64,000 nt of DNA from an uncultured virus (IMG/VR IMGVR_UViG_3300031951_000030) (Duplodnaviria > Heunggongvirae > Uroviricota > Caudoviricetes), in IMG/VR virus record IMGVR_UViG_3300031951_000030; one strand, given 5' to 3'. Made by a program: the position numbers and the translations under genes. The stretch's first letter is position 1. Each line of letters begins with the position of its first letter. A model generated the notes under the pieces. The model was not told the DNA's origin and did not search any database. It was given only the letters and a program-made list of their open reading frames with translations. Of the stretch, positions 8,445 through 17,553 are shown piece after piece.

Positions 8445-10226
8445 TTATCCTTCACAACTTACACATTCTGGGTCCATTGCCTTTGCTGCAATATCACCTC
8501 TTAAAACTGATTCGGTTCTCATATAATATAATGTTTTTACTCCTTGTTTCCAAGCTTCCATATGAATTTGATTAATCCACTTTGGTTCTGCGGTTGCAGG
8601 GAATGCCAAATTTAGGGAAACTGCTTGGTCGATATATTGTTGTCTAACACCTGCTTGTCTTACTAAATCTAATTGGTTGATTTCTTTAAATGTTTTGAAT
8701 ACATCTTTAACTGAATTACATCTGTGTGCTCTTTCATCTATAGATACTTCTTTACATTCAAGTAACTTACCATCTGAAAAACAGTAATCATCTAAAAAGT
8801 CCAAATCTTGTACTGAACCACCATCTGCTAAAATCTTATCCCATACCTCTTTGGTATTTTTTCCAATCTTACGAAGTACTCTTTCCAATTCAGGATTCTT
8901 TCTAATGAATGTACCCTTTGCAGTTTGTTCTGTAAACACATTTGCTGCCCAAGGTTCAATACCACTACTAACATTACCACTCAATTTAGAGTTTGATACC
9001 GTAGGTGCTACTGCTCTCAAATGTGTATTTCTCATACCACTCTCTTTACACCATAGTGGTTCACCATATTCACTAGCTAACCATCTACTTGCTCTTTCAG
9101 ATTCAATCTTTAATTGAGAGAAAATCTTACGAGTTTCAAATTGAGCTTGTAAACCTTCAAATGGTAATCCTTTTTGTTGTAAGTAAGTGTGCCATCCCAA
9201 TACACCTAATCCTAATGCTCTACCTCTTTCTGCTGAACGAACTGAATTCTCAAATCCTTTCATATTTTTAGCTCTTTGGATAAATTCTTCCAACACACCA
9301 TCTAAAAATATAGTAGAAGTATATATCAAATCGGTATCTTTCCACTCATCGTATTTAGCTAAATTCAGTGATGATAAACAGCAAACAAATGAATGTTGTT
9401 CATCGGTGTGTAGAACGATTTCAGAACAAATGTTGGTCATATGAACTTTCAATCCATTCTTTTTATACATTTCAGGATTTGCTTTGTTTACATTTCCCTT
9501 GTACATAATGTACGGTTCACCAGTTGCTTTTCTTTTCTGAAGTATCTTACCCCATTTTCTACGAGCTTCCGAATCACCTTCTTCTACCTTTCTCATAAAC
9601 CTATCACTAACCACAACACATTGATGTAAGTTAAGTGATTGACGATTCACATCTCCCTTTGGTTCTCTGATTTCTAAAAAATCTTCAAAATCCTTATGTT
9701 CTACTTTAATGTTTACCGATGCTGCTCCTCTACGAACTGAACCTTGATTTGTAGCAAGAATAGTTGAATCATAGATTTTAGCAAATGGTACAATACCATC
9801 GGATGTTCCGTTACCAGTAATTTTACTACCTGCTGGTCTAATCATATTGATACCAATACCAACACCACCACCATGCTTTGCCAACAACATCAATTCTAAA
9901 TTTTTAGAACCAATTTCATAGATACTATCACCTACATCAATACCGAAACATGAGATTGGTAAACCTCTATCAGTACCAGTATTTGATAATACAGGCGTTG
10001 CTAAACACAACCATCCTTTCCAAATGTAATCAAAGAACTTTGTTGCCAATTGTGGTTTCTCCAATCTTTTAGCAACTGCCGTAGCAACTCTCCAATATGC
10101 ATCCTTTGGTTTTTCACCAGCTTGTAGGTAAGTTTTAGATATAGTTTTTACATATATCTCATTATTTCCCCAAGATGGGAAATCAACATCTACTTCCCAT
10201 CCGTATTCTTCTCCGTAATTTCTCAT
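8445..10226 (-). CDS. nrdA: Class I ribonucleotide reductase alpha subunit (no ATP cone)
   Basis: ATPVLSN, PISCF, GGGVG, TNICSEI, APTVSNS, KTLYY, C-terminal CVSCEG. Confidence 0.95.
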   Translation of the reverse strand: MRNYGEEYGWEVDVDFPSWGNNEIYVKTISKTYLQAGEKPKDAYWRVATAVAKRLEKPQLATKFFDYIWKGWLCLATPVLSNTGTDRGLPISCFGIDVGDSIYEIGSKNLELMLLAKHGGGVGIGINMIRPAGSKITGNGTSDGIVPFAKIYDSTILATNQGSVRRGAASVNIKVEHKDFEDFLEIREPKGDVNRQSLNLHQCVVVSDRFMRKVEEGDSEARRKWGKILQKRKATGEPYIMYKGNVNKANPEMYKKNGLKVHMTNICSEIVLHTDEQHSFVCCLSSLNLAKYDEWKDTDLIYTSTIFLDGVLEEFIQRAKNMKGFENSVRSAERGRALGLGVLGWHTYLQQKGLPFEGLQAQFETRKIFSQLKIESERASRWLASEYGEPLWCKESGMRNTHLRAVAPTVSNSKLSGNVSSGIEPWAANVFTEQTAKGTFIRKNPELERVLRKIGKNTKEVWDKILADGGSVQDLDFLDDYCFSDGKLLECKEVSIDERAHRCNSVKDVFKTFKEINQLDLVRQAGVRQQYIDQAVSLNLAFPATAEPKWINQIHMEAWKQGVKTLYYMRTESVLRGDIAAKAMDPECVSCEG

Positions 10227-10234
10227 AATCTTTT

Positions 10235-11248
10235 TTAAAATATATCATCCCAATTTTCACCTTCTCCTGCCTTTGAATAATCAGTTGGTCTGATTGCAAA
10301 GAAGTCGGTATGTGTAACACCTCCCGTAAGATGATAAAACCAATCCAATTCAGATGCTTTCTTCTCATCAAACTCAAAGTAGTCATCTCCACCTTTGATG
10401 GGGGTGTATCCCAATTCTGCTAACTTCTCATTAACTCTTTTTGTAATGAATTCCTTTAGGTCATCTTTTTTAAGATTCTCCAAATCACCCATTTCAAAAA
10501 TTTTATCAATGAATTTATGTTCCAAATCTCTAATAATTTCAGCTGCTTTGTAGATATCAGCTTTTGCTTCTTCTAACAATTCAGGATACTCTTCACACAT
10601 ATGCCTGAATAACTGGCAACCCATCTTTGAATGTAGTGATTCATCTCTAACACTCCACTTCATTTGTTGTCCAATTCCTTTTAATAAGTTTCGCATTTGA
10701 AAACTATAAAGAACTGCAAATGATGAATAAAGTGCTACACCCTCTGTGAATGCTGAAAATATAGCAAGTGAACGTGCTACCTCAACTCTAGCCTGATGAT
10801 TTGTTTTTAAATCTTCAGGTGTCCATTCGGCAGTTACATTGGTTAGTAATTCAAATCTTTCTTTCATAACTTCATCATGCATAAAACCTGCGAAGTCATC
10901 TAATCCCAATGTTTCATTTAGATAAGAATATGCAACTGAATGTATTGTTTCTTGAGAACCAAATGCCATTGCCATCTGACGGATTTCATGCTTTGGAAAC
11001 CATTTAGTAACCATACCAGTCCAATAATCAGAAACGGCACATTCGGTTTGAGCAAATCCTAAAAGTATATTACCTACTAAATGCTTTTCTTCTTTTGTTA
11101 AATTCTCATTCCAATCTTTCACATCCATCTGCATTGGTATTTCAGTATGCAACCAAAATGCCTGCATTTGTTTCAACCAACCCTCATTGTAATAATCTGG
11201 ATATTCGAATGGTTTATATGGGATTCTTTCTGTAAATAATTTACTCAT
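10235..11248 (-). CDS. nrdB: Class I ribonucleotide reductase beta subunit
   Basis: ETIHSVAY, EGVALYSSF, RDESLH, TDFFAIRPTDY. Confidence 0.95.
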   Translation of the reverse strand: MSKLFTERIPYKPFEYPDYYNEGWLKQMQAFWLHTEIPMQMDVKDWNENLTKEEKHLVGNILLGFAQTECAVSDYWTGMVTKWFPKHEIRQMAMAFGSQETIHSVAYSYLNETLGLDDFAGFMHDEVMKERFELLTNVTAEWTPEDLKTNHQARVEVARSLAIFSAFTEGVALYSSFAVLYSFQMRNLLKGIGQQMKWSVRDESLHSKMGCQLFRHMCEEYPELLEEAKADIYKAAEIIRDLEHKFIDKIFEMGDLENLKKDDLKEFITKRVNEKLAELGYTPIKGGDDYFEFDEKKASELDWFYHLTGGVTHTDFFAIRPTDYSKAGEGENWDDIF

Positions 11249-11336
11249 ATTTTTAATTTATTTATGTTTTGAATTGTAGGTATAACTATCTAATGAACTT
11301 ACAAATTTTCTATTTTCTTTAGAAAACTTTATACAA

Positions 11337-12695
11337 TTATCCCATATTCTCAACATACTTTTTGTGTAATAATTTTTTCTCTAATCCCTCTCCGTTTTTA
11401 CTATCTTTTGTAGAAGCCATTCCATCAATTGAAGTTGCAGCGTATACATCCATAACTCCATGAAAGGTATCAATCTTTGCAGGAAATGTCATTCCATCAG
11501 GTCCAAATCGATTCTTAACGATGTGAATACGACCTGTGTTTGATAACTTATCCTTTGTTTTTCTACTAACACTCATAATAAAATCAGCAGTTTGTACTTT
11601 CTTATACGAGTCACCAACCGAATCAGCCTGAATAACTTCGTGGTCAATAGCTGCTCTATTGGTTTGGGTTGCAGTCCATACTGGTATTTGTGCTTCACCA
11701 CTCAATCCTCTCAACTCTTCATAGATTCCACCCAATTCAGCATATAATCCATCTCTATTACCATTACCCGATTTCAATAAGTCCGCGTAATCGATGATAA
11801 TCAATTTAGGATTAAACCCAACCTGTCTTACTTTTTCAATATGAGCAGCAATTGTTTTTGCTGATGCAAATTGAGGTGGATAGTATTTGATACGAACTCT
11901 ACCTGGAATCTGTTTGATTTTACGAATAATCTCATTCTTTCTTTCCTTATGCTCCGATGTTTGGATACCTGTAAGAATTGTTGTGTATCTCTGCCCTACA
12001 TAACTTTCGGATAATTCCAAAGTATAATGTAACACATCAATTCCTCTTTCCAATGCGGAACACGCTATTTTAGATAAGAACCAACTTTTACCAATACCCG
12101 ATGGTGCCATAACTACTCCTAATTCTCCAGGTCCTAGTCCACCATCCATTAGTTCATCGATAACATCCCATCCAGTTGGACTAGAATCTCTCTTAACATC
12201 CTCCATAATGGATTCAAAGTTTTCAATATAATCCAATCCTAAATCAGATTCTACACCAACTTTGGATGCCGCCATCATCGTATCTATAATCTTATCGTAG
12301 TTTCCTGCTTTGAGCAAATCTACCGATTTTAGAAGGGCATCTTTAACTTTCTGATTTTTAGCAAATGTAAGGTATTCTTTCTTTACATAAGGTAAATCTT
12401 CTGAACCAACCTGTAAATATACATTTTTAAGTTGGTCAACTACCGTTTGTTTTAAACCTTTATCATCTATAGTTCCTACTTTAATTTTGAACACTTCCAT
12501 TGTAGGAACTGCTCTGTACTCATTAAAGTAATCTAGTAGAGAATTTATAATCCATTGATTTGCTTGCGATTCAAAGAATGTAGGTTTAGTAATTTCGTTT
12601 ACCTGTTCAAGAAACTTGACATCTGTTATAAGAGAAGCAACAACTTTAGATTGATACGATTGTCCATACTTTACCAATGTATCTACTGCTTCCAT
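11337..12695 (-). CDS. Replicative DnaB-like helicase (T4 gp41-like)
   Basis: Walker A APSGIGKS, TLEL, IIIDYADLL, ATQTNR, KNRFG. Confidence 0.9.
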   Translation of the reverse strand: MEAVDTLVKYGQSYQSKVVASLITDVKFLEQVNEITKPTFFESQANQWIINSLLDYFNEYRAVPTMEVFKIKVGTIDDKGLKQTVVDQLKNVYLQVGSEDLPYVKKEYLTFAKNQKVKDALLKSVDLLKAGNYDKIIDTMMAASKVGVESDLGLDYIENFESIMEDVKRDSSPTGWDVIDELMDGGLGPGELGVVMAPSGIGKSWFLSKIACSALERGIDVLHYTLELSESYVGQRYTTILTGIQTSEHKERKNEIIRKIKQIPGRVRIKYYPPQFASAKTIAAHIEKVRQVGFNPKLIIIDYADLLKSGNGNRDGLYAELGGIYEELRGLSGEAQIPVWTATQTNRAAIDHEVIQADSVGDSYKKVQTADFIMSVSRKTKDKLSNTGRIHIVKNRFGPDGMTFPAKIDTFHGVMDVYAATSIDGMASTKDSKNGEGLEKKLLHKKYVENMG

Positions 12696-12901
12696 TATTT
12701 TTTACGTTTCTTTCTTGCTAATTTTTTTTCTTCAATCGATAATTCGGCTACTTCCGCAACTACTTCGGTTTTGATTGGCTTTCTTAACGCTTTCCATTCT
12801 GATTTGGGTACGAACACCCAACCATATTGTAACACTTTTAAGTCTGCTTCTTCTTCTTTTACTCTGCGGATTTCTCCTTCTTTACTTTTGATACACTTCA
12901 T
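12695..12901 (-). CDS. Hypothetical protein
   Basis: 68-aa ORF coupled to the helicase start (TAATG). Confidence 0.6.
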   Translation of the reverse strand: MKCIKSKEGEIRRVKEEEADLKVLQYGWVFVPKSEWKALRKPIKTEVVAEVAELSIEEKKLARKKRKK

Positions 12902-12922
12902 CTGTTCCGTGTTTAATTTAAA

Positions 12923-13228
12923 TTATTTAACTACCATTAAAATTTCCGATTCTCTTAATAGGATATATTTGTTCCCACCAATTTTAATTTCTTGTCCTTG
13001 ATGGTATGGTGGGAGAATTACTTCATCACCTACTTCAACATTCATTGGAATCAATGTTCCACTTTGCGTATAAATGCCAGGTCCTGTTGATTCTACCTTT
13101 GCTCTTTTTACATCTTCACTTCTTACTGAATCGGGTATAATAATACCACCTGCAGTTTGTGAAACTTCTGGTGCTAATTCTGTTAGTAGAACTCTATCTC
13201 CTAACGGCTTTACTAATTTGTTTGTCAT
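12923..13228 (-). CDS. groES: Co-chaperonin GroES
   Basis: KPLGDRV, TAGGIIIPD, GPG, VGDEV, LRESEIL. Confidence 0.93.
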   Translation of the reverse strand: MTNKLVKPLGDRVLLTELAPEVSQTAGGIIIPDSVRSEDVKRAKVESTGPGIYTQSGTLIPMNVEVGDEVILPPYHQGQEIKIGGNKYILLRESEILMVVK

Positions 13229-13232
13229 TTTT

Positions 13233-14291
13233 TTAAAATTTTGCTATGTGAGAAAATGTGGATTGTAACCAGTCCGTAACATTTGGAAACGAATCCAATA
13301 TACGGGCTTTCAATCCTACTTTTAGGAATTCTTGCTTACTGAACTTTGGTGGTGATTCTTCAAATCTATCTATAATTTTCATTCGAAGATTACCACTAAA
13401 TGTTGGTTCGGATAGTTGAAACAACTTACGATTTCTTTTTAATAATTCCAAGTTATTTTCAAACAATTCGTGTCCTTTTACCTTTTTTGGTTGCGAGTTA
13501 ATGTATTCTAACATAGAATCAGTAGTATGAACTTCCTCATCTGCTAATATTGGAAATGCTTTAAGAATAGTTTTCAATCCTAATCCTGAAATGCCCTCTA
13601 CATTATCGGATTTATCACCATCAATTATTCTGAAATTGATAAAATTATGTGGGTGAATACCAAATTCCTCAATTACTTCGGGAATGTTGTAGATTTTCTT
13701 TTTAGATGGTGAATATACACTTACGTCTTTGTTGACTAATTGAATGAAATCCTTATCGGAACTCATTATTACAACCTTTTCGTTTTCTTTCTTTAATTGA
13801 GTAGCAATATATGCCATCACATCATCGGCTTCAATTCCATCGTAAATCATAATTGTAACAGGTAGAACCGAAAGTAATTCACCTAATGCCGTCATTTGAC
13901 GTTTCATAGATGCACCTTCTTCTTCAGGTGTCATTTCCATAGATGCAGCACGATTCAATCTCATTTTGATTTTATTCTTGCCTCTCTCTGATTTGTATCC
14001 GGAATATATTTCCTTTCTACTATTAGAGCCACCTTTACCGTCAAATACGATTACAACTCTTGTGGGGTTGATTGTTCGGATGGCATAGCCGATACTTTTT
14101 AAAGTACCGACTATTCCTCCAATATGGTCACCATTTTCGTTAAGATTAGGTGCCGTTGACCAGGAACGAATGAAGGTATTAAGACCATCAATAACTAATG
14201 TTTTGGAGTTACGATGTAAATCTCCAAAATCATTATGTTCCCTATCTATTTGTTTTAGTATATCTAAATACTTTTTGTTAATCTGACTCAT
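13233..14291 (-). CDS. 5'-3' exonuclease / T4 RNase H-like flap nuclease
   Basis: LVIDGLN, VFDG, YK, EADD, SSDKDF, GDKSDNVEG. Likely start MSQIN at 14291. Confidence 0.9.
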   Translation of the reverse strand: MSQINKKYLDILKQIDREHNDFGDLHRNSKTLVIDGLNTFIRSWSTAPNLNENGDHIGGIVGTLKSIGYAIRTINPTRVVIVFDGKGGSNSRKEIYSGYKSERGKNKIKMRLNRAASMEMTPEEEGASMKRQMTALGELLSVLPVTIMIYDGIEADDVMAYIATQLKKENEKVVIMSSDKDFIQLVNKDVSVYSPSKKKIYNIPEVIEEFGIHPHNFINFRIIDGDKSDNVEGISGLGLKTILKAFPILADEEVHTTDSMLEYINSQPKKVKGHELFENNLELLKRNRKLFQLSEPTFSGNLRMKIIDRFEESPPKFSKQEFLKVGLKARILDSFPNVTDWLQSTFSHIAKF

Positions 14292-15384
14292 TGGCTTCGT
14301 CCGTTGTAAGTTCAACTTCATCCGAATTGGAATTGTTTTTGTATAATAAAATTGTTGCTTCGCAAATTCTACGATAGATTTGGTCTTTTAGTTCTTCATC
14401 CTCTAATAATTTTGCAAAATCTTTAGATTGGAATTTGATTTCTTCACCACTTTCAATATCGACGTATGAATACCAAGCTCCACCTTGCTTTAATAATTTA
14501 GCATCTTTCATAACTGCTAACCATCCTCCGTAGTTATCAATACCTCTATCAAAGAAAATATCAAAATCTGCGTGTCTTAATGGTGGTCCCATTCTGTTTT
14601 TGATAACCTGACAACGAACCTTAATACCTACGATTCTATCCCCTGCTTTCAATTGCCCCATATTCTTCAAACGAACTCTAACAGATGCGTGAAATGCCAA
14701 TGCCTTACCACCCGATGTTGTCCACGGGTCACCGAACATTGCGTTCATCTTCTGTCTCAATTGATTTGTGAATATAAGTGCAATAGATTGTCTACCAATC
14801 ATATTGGTAATCTTTCTCATTGCTTTGGAAATGATAATTGCCTTATCAGTTGCGTAACCATCCTTACCATAATCGGCTTCTAACTCCTTATGTGTAGATG
14901 CTGCTGCTACTGAATCCACAACGATAGTTACTAATCTATCTTTATCACCTTTACGAACTTGCTCAATAATTGTTTCACATGCTTCGAAAATACCTTCAAC
15001 GGTATCAACTGAAACATATAGGAGTTTTGAAACATCTACTCCAATTGCTTCTAAAAATTCTCTACTAACTGCGGTTTCCGTATCAATCAATACTGCTACT
15101 CCACCTTTCTTTTGGGTTTCGGCAAGAAGATGGGCAGAGAGCAGAGATTTTCCACTCTGCTCTAAACCCGTAATCTCCGTAATACGTCCAACTGGCAATC
15201 CACCATAAGGTCGGTTTGAGATTGCTACATCTAACATTGCGTTTCCGGTAGATACCCAATCCTTTACATTGGTAGGGGCATCTCCACCCTCATCAGTTAG
15301 AAAGTAAGCAATCTTACCATCCTTATTTTGTTTGTTTAGAGAATCGGCAAGTAAACTTGCTAAATCTTCTTCTCTTTTTGCCAT
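14278..15384 (-). CDS. recA: RecA/UvsX recombinase
   Basis: GRITEITGLEQSGKS, IDTE, VVDSVAA, FTNQLR, TSGGKAL, KNR. Confidence 0.93.
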   Translation of the reverse strand: MAKREEDLASLLADSLNKQNKDGKIAYFLTDEGGDAPTNVKDWVSTGNAMLDVAISNRPYGGLPVGRITEITGLEQSGKSLLSAHLLAETQKKGGVAVLIDTETAVSREFLEAIGVDVSKLLYVSVDTVEGIFEACETIIEQVRKGDKDRLVTIVVDSVAAASTHKELEADYGKDGYATDKAIIISKAMRKITNMIGRQSIALIFTNQLRQKMNAMFGDPWTTSGGKALAFHASVRVRLKNMGQLKAGDRIVGIKVRCQVIKNRMGPPLRHADFDIFFDRGIDNYGGWLAVMKDAKLLKQGGAWYSYVDIESGEEIKFQSKDFAKLLEDEELKDQIYRRICEATILLYKNNSNSDEVELTTDEANESD

Positions 15385-15395
15385 TATAATTTTTT

Positions 15396-16253
15396 TTAAT
15401 TGTTAAATAAATCATCGAATGCCGATGCTACATCTTCTTTAAGAGGAGATGCTTTTTGTGCAGTCTTTGGAGTTTCATCTTCCCACGGAAGTTCACCAAT
15501 ATCTTGCGAACCACCCATATCGGTAGATACGGTTGATTGTTTAGGTTGAGGTTTTGCCGCTGCTAATTCCTCATTGATTGGGTTTCCACTACCATTAGCT
15601 GGAGCAGATGGGTTTAACCAATTTTCCAATACACCCTTCAATTCATCATAAGATAATTCAGAATACAATTCCGTAATTTCTTTCTGTGCGTTCAACAATT
15701 CAGTTACTGCATCTGCATCTGGTAAGATTTTAGATGTTGCAGGTTTAACTCTGATTGTAGTTGTTGGGTATGCTGCATTTGATTCTTCTGCAGATACTAC
15801 TTCCAATACAATATCACGACCTGTATGTGGGTCTGTAATATCACCATAATCAGGGTCTGCAATATATCCTAAAATATCCTGATATACGGTCTTACCGAAT
15901 CCCCAAAATTTAACACCTTCACTCTCCTTACCTCTTACGATTACAGGTGCGAATGTTCTTAATTTTGGTTCCATCTTCTTACCTGCTTTCCAATCATCAG
16001 TGTCACCAGTTCGTTTAAGTTTTTCTGCAAACTCTACGATTGGGTCAGGTCTACCAAATGAGATAGGACTCAAATAAGTTTTGTTGTTAATGTTGTAGTG
16101 AAAATACAATTCGATAAAAGGATTATCCTTATTGAATTTGTAAGGTACTAAACGGATTTGAGATTTTCCGTTTGCCGGTTTCCAAATTGAGTCCGACTTC
16201 TTTGTGTTGTTTTGAAGAGAGCTAAATCTCTTGAGTGCTAATGAAATGTCCAT
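15396..16253 (-). CDS. Single-stranded DNA-binding protein (T4 gp32-like)
   Basis: WKP...IRLVP, WGFGKTVY, YGDITDPHTGRD, acidic tail ending FDDLFNN. Confidence 0.85.
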   Translation of the reverse strand: MDISLALKRFSSLQNNTKKSDSIWKPANGKSQIRLVPYKFNKDNPFIELYFHYNINNKTYLSPISFGRPDPIVEFAEKLKRTGDTDDWKAGKKMEPKLRTFAPVIVRGKESEGVKFWGFGKTVYQDILGYIADPDYGDITDPHTGRDIVLEVVSAEESNAAYPTTTIRVKPATSKILPDADAVTELLNAQKEITELYSELSYDELKGVLENWLNPSAPANGSGNPINEELAAAKPQPKQSTVSTDMGGSQDIGELPWEDETPKTAQKASPLKEDVASAFDDLFNN

Positions 16254-16352
16254 TGCTTTTTTAAGTTTTAAGTGTTAATAAATTGTTTTAAGTTTGAAGG
16301 TTTTATCGCGATTCCCTTATATCTAAATATAACCTTTTTACTTTTGTTGTAA

Positions 16353-16383
16353 CAAATATACAATATTTTTGTTACATTTCCAA
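16353..16383 (-). promoter_or_regulatory. Bacteroidetes-type promoter upstream of the SSB gene
   Basis: Minus strand TTG (16383-16381), 20 nt, TATATTTG (16360-16353). Confidence 0.7.
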
Positions 16384-16386
16384 GTA

Positions 16387-16743
16387 TTATTTTGCCCACT
16401 TTCCTCTACTCACTAATTGAGAAATTACGGAGTAAACTGCTAGGTCTTGATAGGTATCTTCGATGGTTTCACCCACTTCATCAGGGTGTCCTAATACTAC
16501 CAATTGTTTTAATCTGTTGATTTTATCATTCTTTCTGAACCATAGACCACTCAATGATAATTTAATATCTTCTTTAGTTTTAAGTTGTGTACCTACTGAA
16601 ATATTTCCAGGTCCATAGTTTCTTTGCTTTTTACAAAAAGTAGCATACATTTCATCCAAAATGTTTTTGAATTCAAAAGTCATTTCTGGATAATTTTCTT
16701 CACAATACTCAATTGCGGATTGTTCTTTTTTGGTGTTTAACAT
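16387..16743 (-). CDS. Nucleotide modification associated domain 1 (Nmad1 / DUF1599-like) protein
   Basis: KKQRNYG, RKNDKINRL, ETIEDTYQDLAVY pattern. Confidence 0.75.
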   Translation of the reverse strand: MLNTKKEQSAIEYCEENYPEMTFEFKNILDEMYATFCKKQRNYGPGNISVGTQLKTKEDIKLSLSGLWFRKNDKINRLKQLVVLGHPDEVGETIEDTYQDLAVYSVISQLVSRGKWAK

Positions 16744-17063
16744 AACTTATTTTTTAGTAACTTTTTATTTATTTTATTTTTTAATTTAACTCCTAAAGCA
16801 CACATTTCATACTCCTCATATTCTACGAGGGTTTCTATGTTTTCATCCAATAAATTTAAAAATTCTTTACTCTCAATTGCAAGCATAATAACAATCGAAT
16901 GTTTGATTATTACATGCGCAAAATCAACGCGTGATTTATCGTTTCGAATTCCGAAAGAAATCGAGTCAATAATTGCTTTAGATATTTCCATTCTATGAGT
17001 TTGGAAAATATCTACAGGGTCTTCAACATAAATTTGGATAGGTTTAAATCTATTTTTTTTCAT
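16737..17063 (-). CDS. Hypothetical protein
   Basis: 108 aa with an EEYEMC motif; preceded by TTG-N20-TATATTCA (17098-17068). Confidence 0.6.
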   Translation of the reverse strand: MKKNRFKPIQIYVEDPVDIFQTHRMEISKAIIDSISFGIRNDKSRVDFAHVIIKHSIVIMLAIESKEFLNLLDENIETLVEYEEYEMCALGVKLKNKINKKLLKNKLC

Positions 17064-17092
17064 ACTATGAATATATGAAAAAAAAATCAGAA

Positions 17093-17494
17093 TTACAACT
17101 CATCTGTGTTAAAACTTTTAAAAACTTTTGTAGGGATTTTTTTGTATCCAATCGAAGATGTTGTAATGATGCAATTTTTAAATTCATCCCAATCAATCAT
17201 ATAAGAATTATCCAGTATTCCACCTGTCTTTGATTTAACTACTTCGTTGAGTGCATTGATGGTGTATATTGTATTTGATTGTTTTTTTCTATGAACTAAA
17301 ATCGTTTTCCATTCGGAATCTATTGCAGAAGAACCTTTCTCTACATTAAACGTAATGTATAGTTCTCCCTCATTTATTTTATTTTCTAGTACAAATACGT
17401 TTGGATTTGTAAGTATATACTGATTTAGAACGAATTCTACCGATTTATTTAACTCTCCCTTTGTGGTAAAAAGGCATAATAACTGTGTATTCAT
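17093..17494 (-). CDS. Hypothetical protein
   Basis: 133 aa (LLCLFT...VHRKKQSNTIYTINALN), preceded by the ATATTTAT motif. Confidence 0.65.
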   Translation of the reverse strand: MNTQLLCLFTTKGELNKSVEFVLNQYILTNPNVFVLENKINEGELYITFNVEKGSSAIDSEWKTILVHRKKQSNTIYTINALNEVVKSKTGGILDNSYMIDWDEFKNCIITTSSIGYKKIPTKVFKSFNTDEL

Positions 17495-17553
17495 CTATTT
17501 TTGGTTTATTAACTTTACCGATAAATATAAAATTTCAAACCAAAAGTGATTTA

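Noticed and set aside
12923..13228. GroES without GroEL as a novelty
   Set aside because: Stand-alone co-chaperonins are common in T4-like phages (gp31 analogues).
8445..15384. Introns or inteins in nrdA, nrdB, helicase or recA
   Set aside because: The ORFs are continuous and of normal length.
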